Of a stretch of DNA of 62,763 bases, positions 12,401-22,431 are shown piece by piece (positions within the stretch are counted from its first letter, which is position 1; each line of letters starts with the position of its first letter). The translations under genes and the position numbers were made by a program. The stretch is from a virus. Its lineage: Duplodnaviria > Caudoviricetes. Where the stretch lies: positions 1 through 62,763 of the IMG/VR virus record IMGVR_UViG_3300044641_003586. One strand, given 5' to 3'. The notes under the pieces were generated by a model. That model had not been told where the DNA came from. It did not search any database and worked only from the letters and a program-made list of their open reading frames with translations.

Positions 12401-14478
12401 TCTAAATCTCTGCGTGGAATCAAAGTAAGTGGCGCGGTTCGATCACTGGCAGATTTGTAAAATTCAATCGTGCGCTGTTCGGCAGTTTCCATCTGCTGCT
12501 CACCTTCTTTAATGAGCGAGGTGCCAGCTTTGCGAGCCTTGAAAGCCTCAATGATGGATTGCGCTAAAACAGTAGGATCGTTGCTTGGAATCAAGTTGGC
12601 CTCATAAGCCAAGCCAGTAATTTCATCCATGTTGGCGACATTTGTTCCCTCGCCGTAATCAAACGAGAAAAGCCGCCTCTTTACGGGGAGTGGCAATTCA
12701 TCTAAAATGCCTAATGCTTCAGCTTCGGCAGTTGCCTTTCTACGCTTAGCTTTTGGAACGAATACAATGGGTTTTCTGGCGTAATTCTCTTTAAGCCAAG
12801 TGATAATATCAGGAGCTTCCCCCGGTTGTTGCCGGGGGAGTCCTGCTTTCAAATCTACTTCTTCTTGGGCTTCGACTTGCCTGCCGACGACAGGGCGATT
12901 GCCACCGCCTGTTTCTGCGGTCGCCCCTCCTTCATCAGTTTCGATACGTTCTTGCTGACTGTCTTTTGGGATTTCCCCTTGTATAGTGGCATCTTGTGTT
13001 GGTATTGTTGGTGTTGGTGGTATTCCCACAGCGGGTGCTGCGGCTTGCTCCATTGTTGGAGGAAGTTGTGCTTGAGGCTCTGTGACAGACGCAGGAGTGA
13101 TTGGCGCAGGCGCAGGCGCAAGAGTGATTGGCGCAGGCGCAGGAACTATTGCAGCTTCAGCCGCTTTATCTGCCGCCAGTCTTGCTGCCTCTGCATTGGC
13201 TTTATCTGCCGATTGCAATTCAGATTGATTGATTGTTTCTTGAGCTGCTTGCGCTGATAACTGAGTATCAGGATTCTGCAATGCGGGATTGAGCATGTAT
13301 TTTGCACCCTCAATCGTTTTGTTGGCAGCAGATATAGGAACAGAAAGGGCCATTTCGCCCAGACCTTCTAGGAAGGCTTCTGTGGTGTCGATTTCTTGTC
13401 CAGCAGCAGCTTGGGCTGCAAGCTCCCCACCAACGGCAGCACCAGTTTCAATAGCGGAACCACCAGCCAAGCGAGCTAGATTGCCAGCAGATGAGAATTG
13501 TTTCTTCGCTGCTTCAGCAGCAGTTCTGGTTGCTGTTCTCAAAGCAGGATCAAGCAAAGCCTTATCCACTGCTTCTTTAGAGGCAATGTCCACACCAGCA
13601 TCTACCAGTTTCTTTTGAACAGCTCGCGCAGCAGCACGTTCTGGCATGGTCATCAATTTACCAGATCCCTTCATGCCAAGAGATTCAACAGCACCAATTA
13701 CCGTGCCTCGAATAGCTCCAGTTTTTAGACCCTCATCAAGAATATCAGGATTATCTTTGAGATAAGTCGCAATTTGGTCAGCCGTCATGTTGGCTGCTGC
13801 ACCTTGAGTGCGCTCATTCAAAACATCATAAATGGAAGGACCAGCCTCCATCAGAGTGTTAGACAATGCTCCACCAGCAATCGAGCCTGCAATGCCTGTT
13901 AGAATAGCTCCTGGACCAAGTTCAAGACCGCCAGCACCGCCAACCAATCCACCAAGTGCTCGACCAGCTAACTGAGTTCCAGCACTGATAATCACATTCG
14001 GAGCAGATTGAACGGCTGTCTTAAATGCAGCTCCCGGTTCAGCAAGAACGGCTGCTGGGTATTGAGCAAGAGCACCAATGTATTCAATCGGACCTTGAGC
14101 TTCTTCGCCTGCTTTTTTAGCCTCCTCAAGTCGGCGCATGAACTCAACATCTTCTGGAGTTTGCGCGGCCTGTTGCTCACGTTGCAGCTTGCCCATTTCA
14201 ACCATTTCAGCAGCTACATCTGCGGTGTCTCCAGTGAGAGCATTGAAGGTTGCCCCTACACCTGATGCCATCTGGCGATAGCCAAGTCCTAAAGCTGTTC
14301 CAAGCTGAGAAAAATAACCCGGAGTTTCACCAGTTGGCTGTTGAGGAGCTGTTTGCCCTCTTTGCTGAAGAATTTGCTGAATTGCTTCATCATAATCTTG
14401 CTGCGTTGGTTCAGTCTCCGTGTTGAAGGTCACGGGGTATTCAAGACCGTCAACTGTAATGGGAACTTGCCAAGGCAT
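3457..14478 (-). CDS. giant polyvalent internal virion / DNA-ejection protein (zincin-like HExxH, ART-like module, LPD23-like module)
   Basis: 3673-aa ORF at the end of the structural block. Contains [37 protein letters not shown] (ART-like) and [18 protein letters not shown]...[13 protein letters not shown]...[11 protein letters not shown] (LPD23-like). Confidence 0.85.
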   Translation of the reverse strand: MPWQVPITVDGLEYPVTFNTETEPTQQDYDEAIQQILQQRGQTAPQQPTGETPGYFSQLGTALGLGYRQMASGVGATFNALTGDTADVAAEMVEMGKLQREQQAAQTPEDVEFMRRLEEAKKAGEEAQGPIEYIGALAQYPAAVLAEPGAAFKTAVQSAPNVIISAGTQLAGRALGGLVGGAGGLELGPGAILTGIAGSIAGGALSNTLMEAGPSIYDVLNERTQGAAANMTADQIATYLKDNPDILDEGLKTGAIRGTVIGAVESLGMKGSGKLMTMPERAAARAVQKKLVDAGVDIASKEAVDKALLDPALRTATRTAAEAAKKQFSSAGNLARLAGGSAIETGAAVGGELAAQAAAGQEIDTTEAFLEGLGEMALSVPISAANKTIEGAKYMLNPALQNPDTQLSAQAAQETINQSELQSADKANAEAARLAADKAAEAAIVPAPAPITLAPAPAPITPASVTEPQAQLPPTMEQAAAPAVGIPPTPTIPTQDATIQGEIPKDSQQERIETDEGGATAETGGGNRPVVGRQVEAQEEVDLKAGLPRQQPGEAPDIITWLKENYARKPIVFVPKAKRRKATAEAEALGILDELPLPVKRRLFSFDYGEGTNVANMDEITGLAYEANLIPSNDPTVLAQSIIEAFKARKAGTSLIKEGEQQMETAEQRTIEFYKSASDRTAPLTLIPRRDLDIGDVVQVGDDKMRVTYEYDEDGYPTALILTGPKFGEQRFDPNKPLKAENTSNASDLKAVNNNTASQDQIDALVNRGFVEIYKGSPVITDVGVEQMPKKPKLTADQRKAQIDAEQVVPTEKAAEVEGVTAPVAEPIVAEKSSPAPLREGAGGPGVVQAEPVEGSIPTVDEVSPETETLSTPQSLAQNKEDAKQQKKDSDENLKALNSLEAGTKTNPVFGTVTREDANEAMRLIEDGKELPNVFFTVVTTREEFLADPRNEQLYPQVWNALKTNKKIEGLFDDATNTPFVFTDGVVVYDLDRKAAQELGISPQVAAVRRVLRHENIHKGMLHLTPSEMVAMRRFLATIFSEEALDNLAKTYTKYANWRSDPRLYFQAIEEIVNQKLDQSTVLPKDGIWGQFFELLTAIWRRITGKRNQPTVKDMKDVMRLVRNGLIRSTKAQADQTKDGGNVLLSVRAYHGTPHKVDKFTTAKIGTGEGAQAYGWGLYFAESERVAKTYQEQLRPRQPDDYDSAFTEAAKSFIASNGKVTLEDLRSAYPKASTAALEWGMREARGQERGNLYTVELLPDADEFLDWDKPLSEQPEKVQQVFFDLLSDLTGKMKAEMEGKEMSQREKAVALGIPRAPVNVQNLIDLWLNDATASGSGLYDLIRGVRGNGATPTDTAKAASEYLASLGIPGIRYADGQSRVSPLEIRARKAEVSARKADVERDPSATNQSALRYAEQALSDLIRKDQEGTRNYVIFDENLVKILEENGQVLTTPTDQTRDGGNVMMSFIGEKAIENLPEERRQFMRDSLDAAKAMAAAGKSSEEIRAATGWFPGLDGKMRWEVPDNDASFIDAKAFREASTKVYGGPAFSHLPWKEVVDRLESGQYLKISDVLNHPLLFEAYPDAANIAFFPISGNIVQGSHRAVNGNSIITATVTLDGDQISDESLSTILHELQHYIQNNEGFAKGGSPDNLLTKADLLDAVKFRQSYQAINKYRQQIAALVDEVRKEKEKTGFLGFGGPNKKAVQSLNDRIEEIQKTVNEIWAAQKKNLSLDKGSVRAALLSAINRVEDRFGTSWFLNKRNEGLDMVYRSLAGEIEARDVQARQSMTDEQRAATAPYSSENIAPEDAIVMFGSGGAQMSMAAPATDAEYLAAVEAGDMEKARRMVDEAAKAAEKKASRAFDVENRTLGARNRGMEGYGVWILPDGRIIPVDNHSVFAKEFFKAKNLDDGVGYAFGRGWRIVRAIKAGQFRWEENMVMTEGGPLNRTQRNNLKDWAVFNSYNTDFDEREQGGLKLPVSVQDNAGNIIPPSQRFQPTSPDIRLSLPIVHSSESEASYANGQMAASMVTFTPRQMYVYSALEGAYNMSRKPGRHSVPLSELYQAALEALPDMTQQEFSEAVQTMYQNNSALLNAGESDFSVVNKDGDRVSSVVLLGKGPMASMIPSNEVPEIASKLASDLKASVTEGEQTPYEGLSFTGVTPKTHARVDYRGVRKSAEDFVNQMIRAQKAKGKSYADALIEIANTITNPSFANEYMADSGTEEKLLATQAVAGPLNAKIYSALLTTKDDVTRIKLNDAYTNVSTYYEGSGTIGGTVMGYRAWESTNGKYGWMLDSWKADALKNAVDAIDSQMGGSVSIQIGESLRRSVEGVSDSTANEVEGQAQEDRDAALFREGQEALSGEDKNTFESIKSFLKIKAIINRRKLIRAGNQAMASIVSDEEYNAIMAMSDEEANALEKEIDAKLSAALKKLNSSLSGREDVKAKVDAAINVATDRANKGEDITFTQVTIEEAMADLFKPGDDTREKIVDNVADALLKRAKQAMAKPSKISSIQQLIASIKRTLLANIKVDKTTDADSLGRMLAMTFAQQVSEARVYASSWSEGRKKVREMLAEIGIEESELDSELNKIMPPTPTLAFSPSAAKRAIALAMEESGVSREDLLDPRPEISKQAKNKLMAHLDKAAANENLTEQGWNKTGNTGRQLAEKAIDEAIAKWRIEQQNRLEISNLVAEQADNPVSMDDFAKKLSRFNLTPKQVKKYFDIASRAAVRSVEMRKDQARRIIYTRGDIRPDALEKEVDGDTVIDAFTDQVSSPTDLKTFVERLDKLGVTFDLAESLFNTAARERRDRQRTRVFDMIEGPRALQKMLDEIRNVRTRLEVPLRSPIPWKELLSKPAKSVAEYRQKVLDAIMANPDLASVDSEVKERLADMFADVWQQQLDKVVNQIIDNYTQQLDRAKRRHAGDVLNKTRLQVIQHLNLNALSNDAFTRILGEKFGIKMELTEAERENIQRLVDILQDETLPKNKRNQAANDLAFALVNDTKVGWSERLSAFWTSSVLAGWNTMIAIGLAFLNGANIIMVNLPMKIMSNLINGDFKGAFYSTFDSLNDIKRYIEAFPEALERSWHYLNTGRVEFLESEASAPDRIFRGWADVLRYRKVAEAMANDPQKVTQWMGKFSVMISRMMTALDGFNTILTKRGMLSMAVRLGTKNPEDHQRILEKASLEHYRQQILASDPYFAQMNSEKRALLNATAEAMMYEAMNKEGAKLENADFFASESAMTMNPTGIGGIVYNKIRSADVEVQEFMRRKLAEQKLKAAVAGPMSLENAKLAGMFVAHFIAYNAINMIGLRFARFASNKFNQGLSFIPFVGILRGWEASNNQLADRKEAFYDMIKRNQMVGMFFVGAGSILLRAIADEPDDEERGFFINGGLKNVPTDKRRQLQESGKLEYRLGAKIGGKWYVWNYQNSPYSQLFAAVGAISDIIRFSPDKWNDKSKLDVALSVAASGLSSTLDLPALQGLGTLMGRSVSSSDPTEQFWENIGATTANWVGGFIPKPFMDVDYILDDNRRKYTTIWEKFAGKVPFYRRYVGEDYYNILGDPIKANTLPGSREFLVGKTEPVYQILGALNSRNIWLTPANAEYRMVGKGRNRRRLTQEEADAYSFETGKGYKAMILRYGPRALQMDPERAKAFLHDKADQIRDRALKKVYRGYRSRTATP
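12855..12992 (-). CDS. small basic phage protein nested out of frame in the giant gene
   Basis: [45 protein letters not shown] resembles a widespread small phage protein family; preceded by an A/C-rich leader like other genes here. Confidence 0.7.
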   Translation of the reverse strand: MPLYKGKSQKTVSKNVSKLMKEGRPQKQAVAIALSSAGKSKPKKK

Positions 14479-14480
14479 GA

Positions 14481-16034
14481 CTAGCGTGGTGTTTGAATTG
14501 GTGTGCCAATTTGGATTTTTGGCATTCTCGCAATATTAGCATTGGCCGTTGGTGGAGCAACTTGGTTTTGTTGTGTATTTACCTTCTCTTTTGAAGAAGA
14601 TTCTCTTTCTTCCAAGAACCTTCTCGCCCAATCTTTAATTAACTCAGCATAATTGACATCTTGTGCTCCTGAGCGTTTTCCACCTGGTTCAGTAAATGCT
14701 TTATCAAATGGATTGATACCAATATCCTCAAGAACATTTTGCCACACTGGAACCGAGATAGAAACCGGGCCAGTTTGTCCAAATTGACTCACCGAGAATG
14801 GCTGGGGCACTTGAGTCCTGCCTTTAGCTTGAACTCCACTAACAACTTGTTTAGCAAATTGCTCCAATGGATTGATGCCAATTTGATTAGGTTTATCTGG
14901 CAAAATATTTTTGAGTTTCTTCTCAAGATCGGTCTTGGCTTTTGTCCAAGCCTGATTGATTTCAGCGTTAGCTTTGAGAGTTTTTTGAAGGTTCTCTTGC
15001 TCTTGTTTAATGGCAGTTTCTAACTCATTTGCTGGTATATTTCGCAAACGGGCAATGGCTTCGGGCGGAAGTCCGCCCATATTAGATGTCGGTGGCGAAG
15101 GTGGCGTAGGGGGTGGAGTAGGGGGTGGCGGAGTTGTAATCGTTTTAGTAGTATCGCCAGCTCCAGCAGTAGGCGCAGTCGGAACGGATGGAGTGCGATA
15201 CTTGCTTTGATAGAAGCCACGCAATTCACTCTGCAATTTGGCAGATTCATCCATCAACGATTGATACTTTGGAGTGTAGGTTGTTTTGCCAGCTTCGTCA
15301 GTCACCGCATCTTCACCCAAGTCTTCCAACCGCTTCATCTCACTAGCCAGCAAGCCCAAATCCTTCTCCATCATCTGACCGCGAATATCCTTCTCTGTGC
15401 GTCCACCGTATTGAGCTTTCAATGAAGCAATTTCGTATGGTGATTTAGCAGCAAGCACCAATTCACGCGGTGCTCCTGAATCAATCGCGTCAATTCGCAA
15501 TTCATCAATTCTATTTATCTCGTCCTGTTGAGCCTTGAACATTTGTTGCTCTGTTTTCATTTCAGCTCTCCGCAACGCATTTTGGCGAGTGGTGTAATCT
15601 TGATTTTGTTTTTGCAAGAAGCTCATTGCCTCACGCATCCGAGGATCAAGGAATGCAAGTTGATTGCGGCCATAGAACTGTGTAGCTTGCTGATTGAAGT
15701 CTGTGCTTTCAGGATTGAGAACACCTCCAAGAAGCTCGTCTGTGGCACGCTGAACCTGAGCTTCCACTTCTTGTTTTTGACGCAAAACACGGGCTTCCTC
15801 GCCAATCTTGTCATAAGCAAGCTGAGCCTGTTGAGCTTGAATTGCAGGAGCAAGACGCTGAAGGCCAGCCAACCGCTGACGACCTTCAACATTTGCTAAC
15901 ATCGCTTCATTTGAATACGGGTCGTAAGCCCTCAAAGCCATAGGATCAAGACTCTGTGTTGTCGATTGAAACACAGGTTGAGTGGGTGCTTGTTGAGGCA
16001 TCCCAAGGTAGTCTTTGAGGTCAATGACTGGCAT
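14481..16034 (-). CDS. putative internal virion protein
   Basis: 517 aa, Q/A-rich helical with a Pro-rich linker; directly upstream of the giant gene. Confidence 0.65.
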   Translation of the reverse strand: MPVIDLKDYLGMPQQAPTQPVFQSTTQSLDPMALRAYDPYSNEAMLANVEGRQRLAGLQRLAPAIQAQQAQLAYDKIGEEARVLRQKQEVEAQVQRATDELLGGVLNPESTDFNQQATQFYGRNQLAFLDPRMREAMSFLQKQNQDYTTRQNALRRAEMKTEQQMFKAQQDEINRIDELRIDAIDSGAPRELVLAAKSPYEIASLKAQYGGRTEKDIRGQMMEKDLGLLASEMKRLEDLGEDAVTDEAGKTTYTPKYQSLMDESAKLQSELRGFYQSKYRTPSVPTAPTAGAGDTTKTITTPPPPTPPPTPPSPPTSNMGGLPPEAIARLRNIPANELETAIKQEQENLQKTLKANAEINQAWTKAKTDLEKKLKNILPDKPNQIGINPLEQFAKQVVSGVQAKGRTQVPQPFSVSQFGQTGPVSISVPVWQNVLEDIGINPFDKAFTEPGGKRSGAQDVNYAELIKDWARRFLEERESSSKEKVNTQQNQVAPPTANANIARMPKIQIGTPIQTPR

Positions 16035-16045
16035 GTAATTTTAGA

Positions 16046-16687
16046 TTAAGCGTTAGCAATTCGCTTTTGACGAACTTCTTCTTTGATCTTCTGAAGATCA
16101 GCATACTCTTTTGCAGCTCGCCTTTGACGAGCTTCAGTCTCTTGGAACCATTGAGATGCAGGCTTGCCTTCAATCATGGCTGGCGCTGTGCGTTTGGGGG
16201 AAGCAGAACCAGTTCCATAGCGACCTGCAATTTGACGATTCCCTTCTTCTGTCGTTACAACAGGACGACCAGCTTGCTCTTGTTCTTGTTGCCGCATCCT
16301 AGACAAAACGGCAGCTCTTGCAGCCTGATTTCTTTTAGCAATCATATCCTCGTATTCTTTCCTAGCTGCGAGCGGATCAACAGTTGCTTTAGCTGTGCCG
16401 ATTGTGGGGGTTGCAGCAGTGGTTGGGCGTGTATCTACTACAACGGCTGGCGTCTGGCCTGATGCAATAATAGCATCGCTAATAGTTGTTGGAACTGATG
16501 GTTGTAGAGTGACAACATTTGATCCTTTGCCACCAGAGGACAAAATAGAACTTAAAACATCGCCGCCCAAAGTATTGACTGGTTGTGTAACTCCCAAAGA
16601 ATTTGGGGCAACATTCATTGTTATAGGCTGTTTGCCCAAAATGGCAGCAAGAGCCTGTGTATATGGTTGAGTGATGTCTAGTGCCAT
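16046..16687 (-). CDS. putative internal virion protein
   Basis: Likely start MALDITQ; tightly packed in the structural operon. Confidence 0.6.
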   Translation of the reverse strand: MALDITQPYTQALAAILGKQPITMNVAPNSLGVTQPVNTLGGDVLSSILSSGGKGSNVVTLQPSVPTTISDAIIASGQTPAVVVDTRPTTAATPTIGTAKATVDPLAARKEYEDMIAKRNQAARAAVLSRMRQQEQEQAGRPVVTTEEGNRQIAGRYGTGSASPKRTAPAMIEGKPASQWFQETEARQRRAAKEYADLQKIKEEVRQKRIANA

Positions 16688-16688
16688 A

Positions 16689-17084
16689 TTAGTAGAATTT
16701 AACAATTTGAGGAAATTGTGGAGGGGGAGGTGCTTGCATAGCTCCCATAACAGAATCTTGAGCCAAACGACGAGCTTGATTACCGCCAACTAAATCAGCA
16801 CCAGTAACAAATGGAGAAAGCAGCGCGGCCTGCTCTTTGCCTCGGATTCTACGTTCGCGCTCCTTCATGCGTTCTTCTGAGTAGTATCCACGACCAGACT
16901 CTTTCGCCCCTCGTTCAGATGGCGGCAAAAGCTCAGGAGCACTTGAGCGCATTTCCTCACCCCATGCTTTGCGTGCTCCAGTGTTCATCTGCAAACGCTG
17001 AAAAGATGTTGGAGCATTTTGCTGACCGTAAAACTGGTCAAGCCCACTGCCCATTGGTCTATTCATTCTGCTTTGTGTTGCCAT
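16689..17084 (-). CDS. hypothetical structural-module protein
   Basis: Likely start MATQSR; 1-2 nt spacing to neighbours. Confidence 0.6.
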   Translation of the reverse strand: MATQSRMNRPMGSGLDQFYGQQNAPTSFQRLQMNTGARKAWGEEMRSSAPELLPPSERGAKESGRGYYSEERMKERERRIRGKEQAALLSPFVTGADLVGGNQARRLAQDSVMGAMQAPPPPQFPQIVKFY

Positions 17085-17086
17085 AA

Positions 17087-18049
17087 TTATCGAGTTTGTG
17101 GTGTTTCGCCTGCTGAGAACATCCAATCCATCGCCATTTTAGGACGGATTGCGCCTCGGTTTTGTTTGAGTCCTTGGTTAAGGATTTCGTAGCATTTCTG
17201 CCAGAATCCCTGAAGAAGCTGAAGTTCTGTTGCGCCACCTGAATCCTCAAGCTGGATGGCTCGCATTCCGAACTTGAGTGCGCCAATATTATCAGGCCAA
17301 ACAAGATCAGATTCCTGCATCAAACGAACAAATCGACGTTTGCAAAGACAGCGAAGAACAGGTTTGTTATCATCGCGTGGAACAATGGTTCCAGTTTTGT
17401 AGCGACGATAAACTGGATTGGTTTCGCTTGGCTCATAAACTGACATCACAGTTGGAGTGCCAGATACGACGATAGAAAGCGTCACATTGCCAGCAGTCAT
17501 TGGCTTGACCACCTGCGTTACAAACATTTGCACCGATGCAGTGACGATTGGATTGGTCAATGTAAGGGCAATGCCCTCAACGCCATCTTGATCGAAAATT
17601 GGATCGCCATTGCTGTCATGGCCGTAAAGACGAACCACCAATCCATCGTCAATCGCAGAGGCAATCGTCAATCTTGGGAAACCAATTTGCGTCTGAACCT
17701 CCTGCATACAGACATCGCCTTGGTCAATAATCGTGCGAAGATCGCGGCTGGTTTCGTCCAAAAAACCGGGTCCGCTTGTCATGTATTCATTCATCCGTGC
17801 ATACGGAGAAGTAGGCCAATTCACCCGTGTAACACCTACAATGGATTCCAAACGCCTTGGAAGGGTAATGTATCCACTGGTGCTGTCATAATCCACAGCC
17901 TCATACATATTCTTCCACTGACCGCTATTAATGATCCTTTCCACAACTTGATTTAGCGTGGGAAGGAAAAGTTCGGAATTAGGGTTGCCAGGGTAAATCG
18001 TATTACCGATCAATGCCCTAACATCCGCGACTGTGAGGCCTGTTGCCAT
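17087..18049 (-). CDS. putative head-tail adaptor / tail tubular protein
   Basis: N-terminal T.ADVRALI...LNQVVERI helices and YITLPRRLESI, typical of podoviral adaptors. Confidence 0.55.
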   Translation of the reverse strand: MATGLTVADVRALIGNTIYPGNPNSELFLPTLNQVVERIINSGQWKNMYEAVDYDSTSGYITLPRRLESIVGVTRVNWPTSPYARMNEYMTSGPGFLDETSRDLRTIIDQGDVCMQEVQTQIGFPRLTIASAIDDGLVVRLYGHDSNGDPIFDQDGVEGIALTLTNPIVTASVQMFVTQVVKPMTAGNVTLSIVVSGTPTVMSVYEPSETNPVYRRYKTGTIVPRDDNKPVLRCLCKRRFVRLMQESDLVWPDNIGALKFGMRAIQLEDSGGATELQLLQGFWQKCYEILNQGLKQNRGAIRPKMAMDWMFSAGETPQTR

Positions 18050-18125
18050 TTGGCGTTGAGTGTATTCCATTCATGGATAGGGGCAAGGGAGATTTTCTAA
18101 TGGTTCTTGAATCTATGTATAAGAA

Positions 18126-19952
18126 ATGATACCCATGGGTAGAATGAAAAAGAAACCTACCGGACAACCAAAGTTTGTTCAGTTGACCAAGACGATCAAC
18201 ACCTATGGCATTGAGCTGAAAAACATGCCCCCAAATCAGCTAGAAGTTGAGCTGATGTTTATGAAATGTCCTACGGGGAGCACGCTCAACTATGGGAATG
18301 TTCCTAATCCCAAAGGGCATCCAAATTGGATTCATTTCATCAATGCTGTGAATCTGATTTGGAATTATCCTGGCACACGCACGCCTTTCATGTGGCATCC
18401 TTGGGCGGTCAAAATGGTCAAAGCAGCTTTTGAGAACAAGCGTTTGGCTGTCACTTCTGGAGGTTCAGGCGGGAAAACAGGTGTTTTTGCCGTTTTTGCT
18501 CTTGTTTGGTGGCTGGCTGGTCCAACAAGGAACGTAGTTCTAGTCAATACCACGACCATTAAAGACTCGATGGGACGTATCTGGGGCCAAATTACTCGCT
18601 ATTTCAATGGCATGGTGGCTCGACCTGCTGGCAAATTGGTTGAATCCTCCCATTGCATCAAATCCATCGACCTAAAAACAGGGGCAGTTATGGAGGAATA
18701 CGGCATCCGTTTGTTTGCCGGTGAATCCAGTAAAGCGGCTGAGTCTTCTCGCGCTATTCGAGGACAGAAGCATGGCCCTAATGGTAAAATTATTGTTATT
18801 CTGGACGAGTGCGCCGAGCTTTCTAAAGCCATTGTAAATACCTTCGAGGAAAACATTACTCAGAACCCGAATGTGCAGCTCATAGCCCTAGCGAATGCCA
18901 ATAGCCCATTCGATACCTTTGGTGATCTCTGTGAGCCAAAAGAAGGCGGATGGGACGCTTATAACCCCGATTGGGAGGAATGGGAAGGCAAAGGGGCGCA
19001 TGTCCTACGGATCAACAACGAAACCTCGCCAAACATCCTTGAAGGACGGACCATCTACCCATTCTTGATGACTCGCGAGATGTTGGAAGAAAAGCGAGAA
19101 AAGCTAGGGCAACATACCCGTGCTTACTGGCGTGGTGTTTTAGGGGCGTTCCTGCTGGATGGAGACGACGATAATATCTATTCCCCTGCCGAAATCTTGA
19201 AGGTTCCCAATGACTGTGTTTGGCAAGGCATCCCAACAAAGGTCTGTGGCATTGACCTGTCCTATACTAGCGGTGGCGATAAGACAATTATGACGATTGC
19301 CAGTATCGGTATTTGCACTGATGGGAAAAAGCGTCTCAAATTTGAGAAACACATTGCCCTTAATGATGATGCCTCTAGGCGCGATGTAGATCGAACCACT
19401 CAGTTGATTGACCAGATCAAAGATATTTGCACCAAAGAGGGAATTGACATCAAAAACGTGGCAATCGACGCATCAGCAGGTGGCGGCAAGACCTTTGCGG
19501 ATGCCATGTGGAGCAAGTGGGGCAATACCTTCCTGCGGGTGGACTTTGGTGGGAAAGCATCTGATCGTCCTGTTTCCGCTGCTGATCGTGAGAAATCCAG
19601 TGTGCGCTATGCCAATCGCGTGTCCGAACTTTGGGGAAGCGGCAAAGAACTCATCCGTTGCGACCAACTTCGCAATATCACAAAGGAGATGGCTGCTGAA
19701 ATGACAGTCCGGCAATACAAAGACAACAAAGCTCAGGATGGTGGTTCTCGCATCCGAGTAGAGTCAAAAGTGGATATGAAGCGTAGAACAGGCAAAAGCC
19801 CTGACTACTTTGATAGTGCAGCCGTTCTTATTGAACTATGCCGAGAAAGACATGGACTGTCTAGCATCGACAAGCCTGGCAATGTCCGAGAAGGAGTCCC
19901 AAGTCCATTGAAGAAGAAATTCAACCAGCTTGCGGGACTGTGGGCGGCATAA
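18126..19952 (+). CDS. terL: terminase large subunit
   Basis: Walker A GGSGGKT, Walker B IVILDE, coupling motif LAN; RNase H-like CGIDLS..GGD, AIDAS, GKSPDYFD. Confidence 0.9.
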   Translation: MIPMGRMKKKPTGQPKFVQLTKTINTYGIELKNMPPNQLEVELMFMKCPTGSTLNYGNVPNPKGHPNWIHFINAVNLIWNYPGTRTPFMWHPWAVKMVKAAFENKRLAVTSGGSGGKTGVFAVFALVWWLAGPTRNVVLVNTTTIKDSMGRIWGQITRYFNGMVARPAGKLVESSHCIKSIDLKTGAVMEEYGIRLFAGESSKAAESSRAIRGQKHGPNGKIIVILDECAELSKAIVNTFEENITQNPNVQLIALANANSPFDTFGDLCEPKEGGWDAYNPDWEEWEGKGAHVLRINNETSPNILEGRTIYPFLMTREMLEEKREKLGQHTRAYWRGVLGAFLLDGDDDNIYSPAEILKVPNDCVWQGIPTKVCGIDLSYTSGGDKTIMTIASIGICTDGKKRLKFEKHIALNDDASRRDVDRTTQLIDQIKDICTKEGIDIKNVAIDASAGGGKTFADAMWSKWGNTFLRVDFGGKASDRPVSAADREKSSVRYANRVSELWGSGKELIRCDQLRNITKEMAAEMTVRQYKDNKAQDGGSRIRVESKVDMKRRTGKSPDYFDSAAVLIELCRERHGLSSIDKPGNVREGVPSPLKKKFNQLAGLWAA

Positions 19953-20793
19953 ACGCATTGCCCAAAACTGCTCTAAAAATAGCTGTTTTGACAAGATCTT
20001 CTCCAACTTGAGACACCCAATGCTTTGTCATCTCGACCATCATCGGATGGTTGATGTTGCCGTAGATCTCTAGCCAACCTGTGTAGTAGTTGTGAAGTTT
20101 ATCTTCAAGAGTTAGCGGGAAGGTGCGAATCGGCCAGTTGAAGCGATGGTTCCAACCCATTTTAGGATGGCAAATCACCTTTCCACCATTGCGTCTAACT
20201 TTCTCAGCCATATACCATTCCTCTCCACCAAAACCACGAAAGCCTTGGTTGATTTCTGGAGCGTTGGCTTTGACGAATGAGAAACAACCCATACCTTGTG
20301 CTGGAACCTCAAAAGGTTCGCCTGATTTCATACCTTCTTTGTTATCACCCCAGATGCCGAAATCATGGCCCCGCCACACAGGATTGATCTGCTCGCTGGT
20401 AGCTCTCAAGTTGTCATACAAAAGCGGACCTGTAAGCATGTTCTTGGAATCCATATTTCCAGACCAGTATTCCATCATGGCGGCAATAAACCCCGTTTGA
20501 AGCAGCACATGGCAATCTAGGCCAAGAATGATGTCGCCCTTTGCTAGCTTGAAAACGTCATACTTCACAAAGCTGCTTTTTCGGTCAGTGACATCCACCA
20601 CGCGCATGTTCGGCACATCCTTGGCGAAATGCTTTAACTGCTTGCCGTGTGCGCTATCAGGGTTGTTGTCTAAGACAAGAAACTCAGTGTTATCAGGCAG
20701 GTCTTGGTGCATTCGGATGGACTGGATGGAAAAAAAAACTCCATCAAAATCATCGAAGGTTGCCATTGATATGGTTAGCGGTGTTGCTTGCAT
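19921..20793 (-). CDS. glycosyltransferase, family 2-like
   Basis: LVLDNNPD, LGLDCHV (DxH), GFRGFGGEE, WNHRF. Confidence 0.85.
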   Translation of the reverse strand: MQATPLTISMATFDDFDGVFFSIQSIRMHQDLPDNTEFLVLDNNPDSAHGKQLKHFAKDVPNMRVVDVTDRKSSFVKYDVFKLAKGDIILGLDCHVLLQTGFIAAMMEYWSGNMDSKNMLTGPLLYDNLRATSEQINPVWRGHDFGIWGDNKEGMKSGEPFEVPAQGMGCFSFVKANAPEINQGFRGFGGEEWYMAEKVRRNGGKVICHPKMGWNHRFNWPIRTFPLTLEDKLHNYYTGWLEIYGNINHPMMVEMTKHWVSQVGEDLVKTAIFRAVLGNAFMPPTVPQAG

Positions 20794-21761
20794 AAAAAAT
20801 TTCTAATTATGTCATAATAAACTGCTTCACTTTCATCTCTGAGAAGACGCAAACGATACATTTCTTTTGAAAGAGAACCATCAGCAAGCATTTTGTTTGC
20901 ACTTAAAAGTGCTTGTTGTGGATCGTTAATTTCTGGTATTCCCAATAAATTAGCACAAGTTGATATGCGATAATTTTTGACACTTGATGTGAGAATTGAA
21001 GGAGTTCCAGAAGAATTGGCGGCAATAGCTCCGTGCAAACGAGTTGATACAACTATTTCAGCACTAGAAAACGTGGTTATGAGATCATGGTAACTGCCAA
21101 TCATAAACGGTAAATTATTCTGCATGGCAAATATAGCTTCTGAATAAGCATGGCAAACTAAAGACCAACCATCAAGAACTGCTGATTGTAAAAAATCGCC
21201 ACTTATAGGAACACTGCCATGTGGAGATTTAGCATCTTGAAAAACAAGAATCTTGCCATTCTTTTTGGTATTTTTTTTAGGAAAGCAAAACAACGCAGGA
21301 CATGGTAATGCCACACTTTTTACTCCTAAATCAACAAGCGTTTTGTTTAATTGATGATTTCGACAAACAACAAGACATTGATCTCTTTTCATAAGAGAGA
21401 GAATCAAATCGTTTGGTTTTTCATTTGGATTGCAAGAACCTATACCTAAAAACATGACTGGTGTATCAGGTTGAGTCAACAGATGCTCAATAATTGGTTT
21501 TGTTCTCCAAGAGTCCCATTCTGGAGTTCCGGCAAAAATAATCAAATCCCAAGGCAGTTGAATATTTTTATGACCAATATGCAAAGACACCGGATTGCTT
21601 CTGCTTGCATCTAAATCTGGATTTCTGTTATAGAAAAACCAATTACATTCACCAATAACATTTTGAATCAAGTTTTGAACGCCTTCTCTAATGAAGTCAT
21701 CACCTGGATTCCAACCATTAGTCGTGCTTACCAATATATTGAGTCGTTGCGAACAAGACAT
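20775..21761 (-). CDS. polysaccharide pyruvyltransferase family protein
   Basis: WNPGDDFI, FLGIG, CRN, PCPA, STRLHGAIAA..GTP; start uncertain. Confidence 0.8.
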   Translation of the reverse strand: MSCSQRLNILVSTTNGWNPGDDFIREGVQNLIQNVIGECNWFFYNRNPDLDASRSNPVSLHIGHKNIQLPWDLIIFAGTPEWDSWRTKPIIEHLLTQPDTPVMFLGIGSCNPNEKPNDLILSLMKRDQCLVVCRNHQLNKTLVDLGVKSVALPCPALFCFPKKNTKKNGKILVFQDAKSPHGSVPISGDFLQSAVLDGWSLVCHAYSEAIFAMQNNLPFMIGSYHDLITTFSSAEIVVSTRLHGAIAANSSGTPSILTSSVKNYRISTCANLLGIPEINDPQQALLSANKMLADGSLSKEMYRLRLLRDESEAVYYDIIRNFLCKQHR

Positions 21762-22431
21762 CTTCGACAGTAATTTTTTTAATATCATGTTTATGAATTG
21801 AAATAGTATATCCGCAATGATTTCTCCATGAAATGGGAACTTTGTCCATTAAAACTATATATGGTTTTTTGATACTAGCTGCAAAATGCGATAAACCTGT
21901 ATCCACAGTGATAAATGATTTAGCGTGAAAAATCAAAGTAGCCAATTCATTTGGTGGCAAGACTTTACCAAGCATAGAAGTATCAGCATTTTTAATCTGA
22001 ACTTTGTTCCATTTTCCAACCTGTATTACCGGAGCGTCCAATCTATCAACAAGTGATGCCCAATTATCTTCACTCCAGTGTCTCTCTTTAGTAGATGCTT
22101 CAGCGCAAATAACATAATATGGCTCTTTATGTGAGGTTTGAATCGGGATATTCAAATCTGGTATTAAATCTGATATAGTCAGTTGATTTAATTCAGCTAC
22201 TTTAGTTACAAGATTTGAATTTCCATCGCAGATCAGTTTGTATTCAATATCCGCAGGTTCTGGCTTTGATACAATTTTGATTGTGTAAGGATACCACTTC
22301 AAGAAATCGCCAAAAACAGATTGAACAATAATCTCATCGTTATGGTGCTTTTTACAGATAGCTCTTAACGCTGGTTCTGAGCAAATAAAGTCACCTAAAA
22401 AACAATGCGTTTTTACTAAAACACGACTCAT
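21718..22431 (-). CDS. glycosyltransferase family 9 (heptosyltransferase-like)
   Basis: LGDFIC, KERHWS..NW, FITVDTGLSHFAAS..KP. Confidence 0.85.
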   Translation of the reverse strand: MSRVLVKTHCFLGDFICSEPALRAICKKHHNDEIIVQSVFGDFLKWYPYTIKIVSKPEPADIEYKLICDGNSNLVTKVAELNQLTISDLIPDLNIPIQTSHKEPYYVICAEASTKERHWSEDNWASLVDRLDAPVIQVGKWNKVQIKNADTSMLGKVLPPNELATLIFHAKSFITVDTGLSHFAASIKKPYIVLMDKVPISWRNHCGYTISIHKHDIKKITVEDVLFATTQYIGKHD

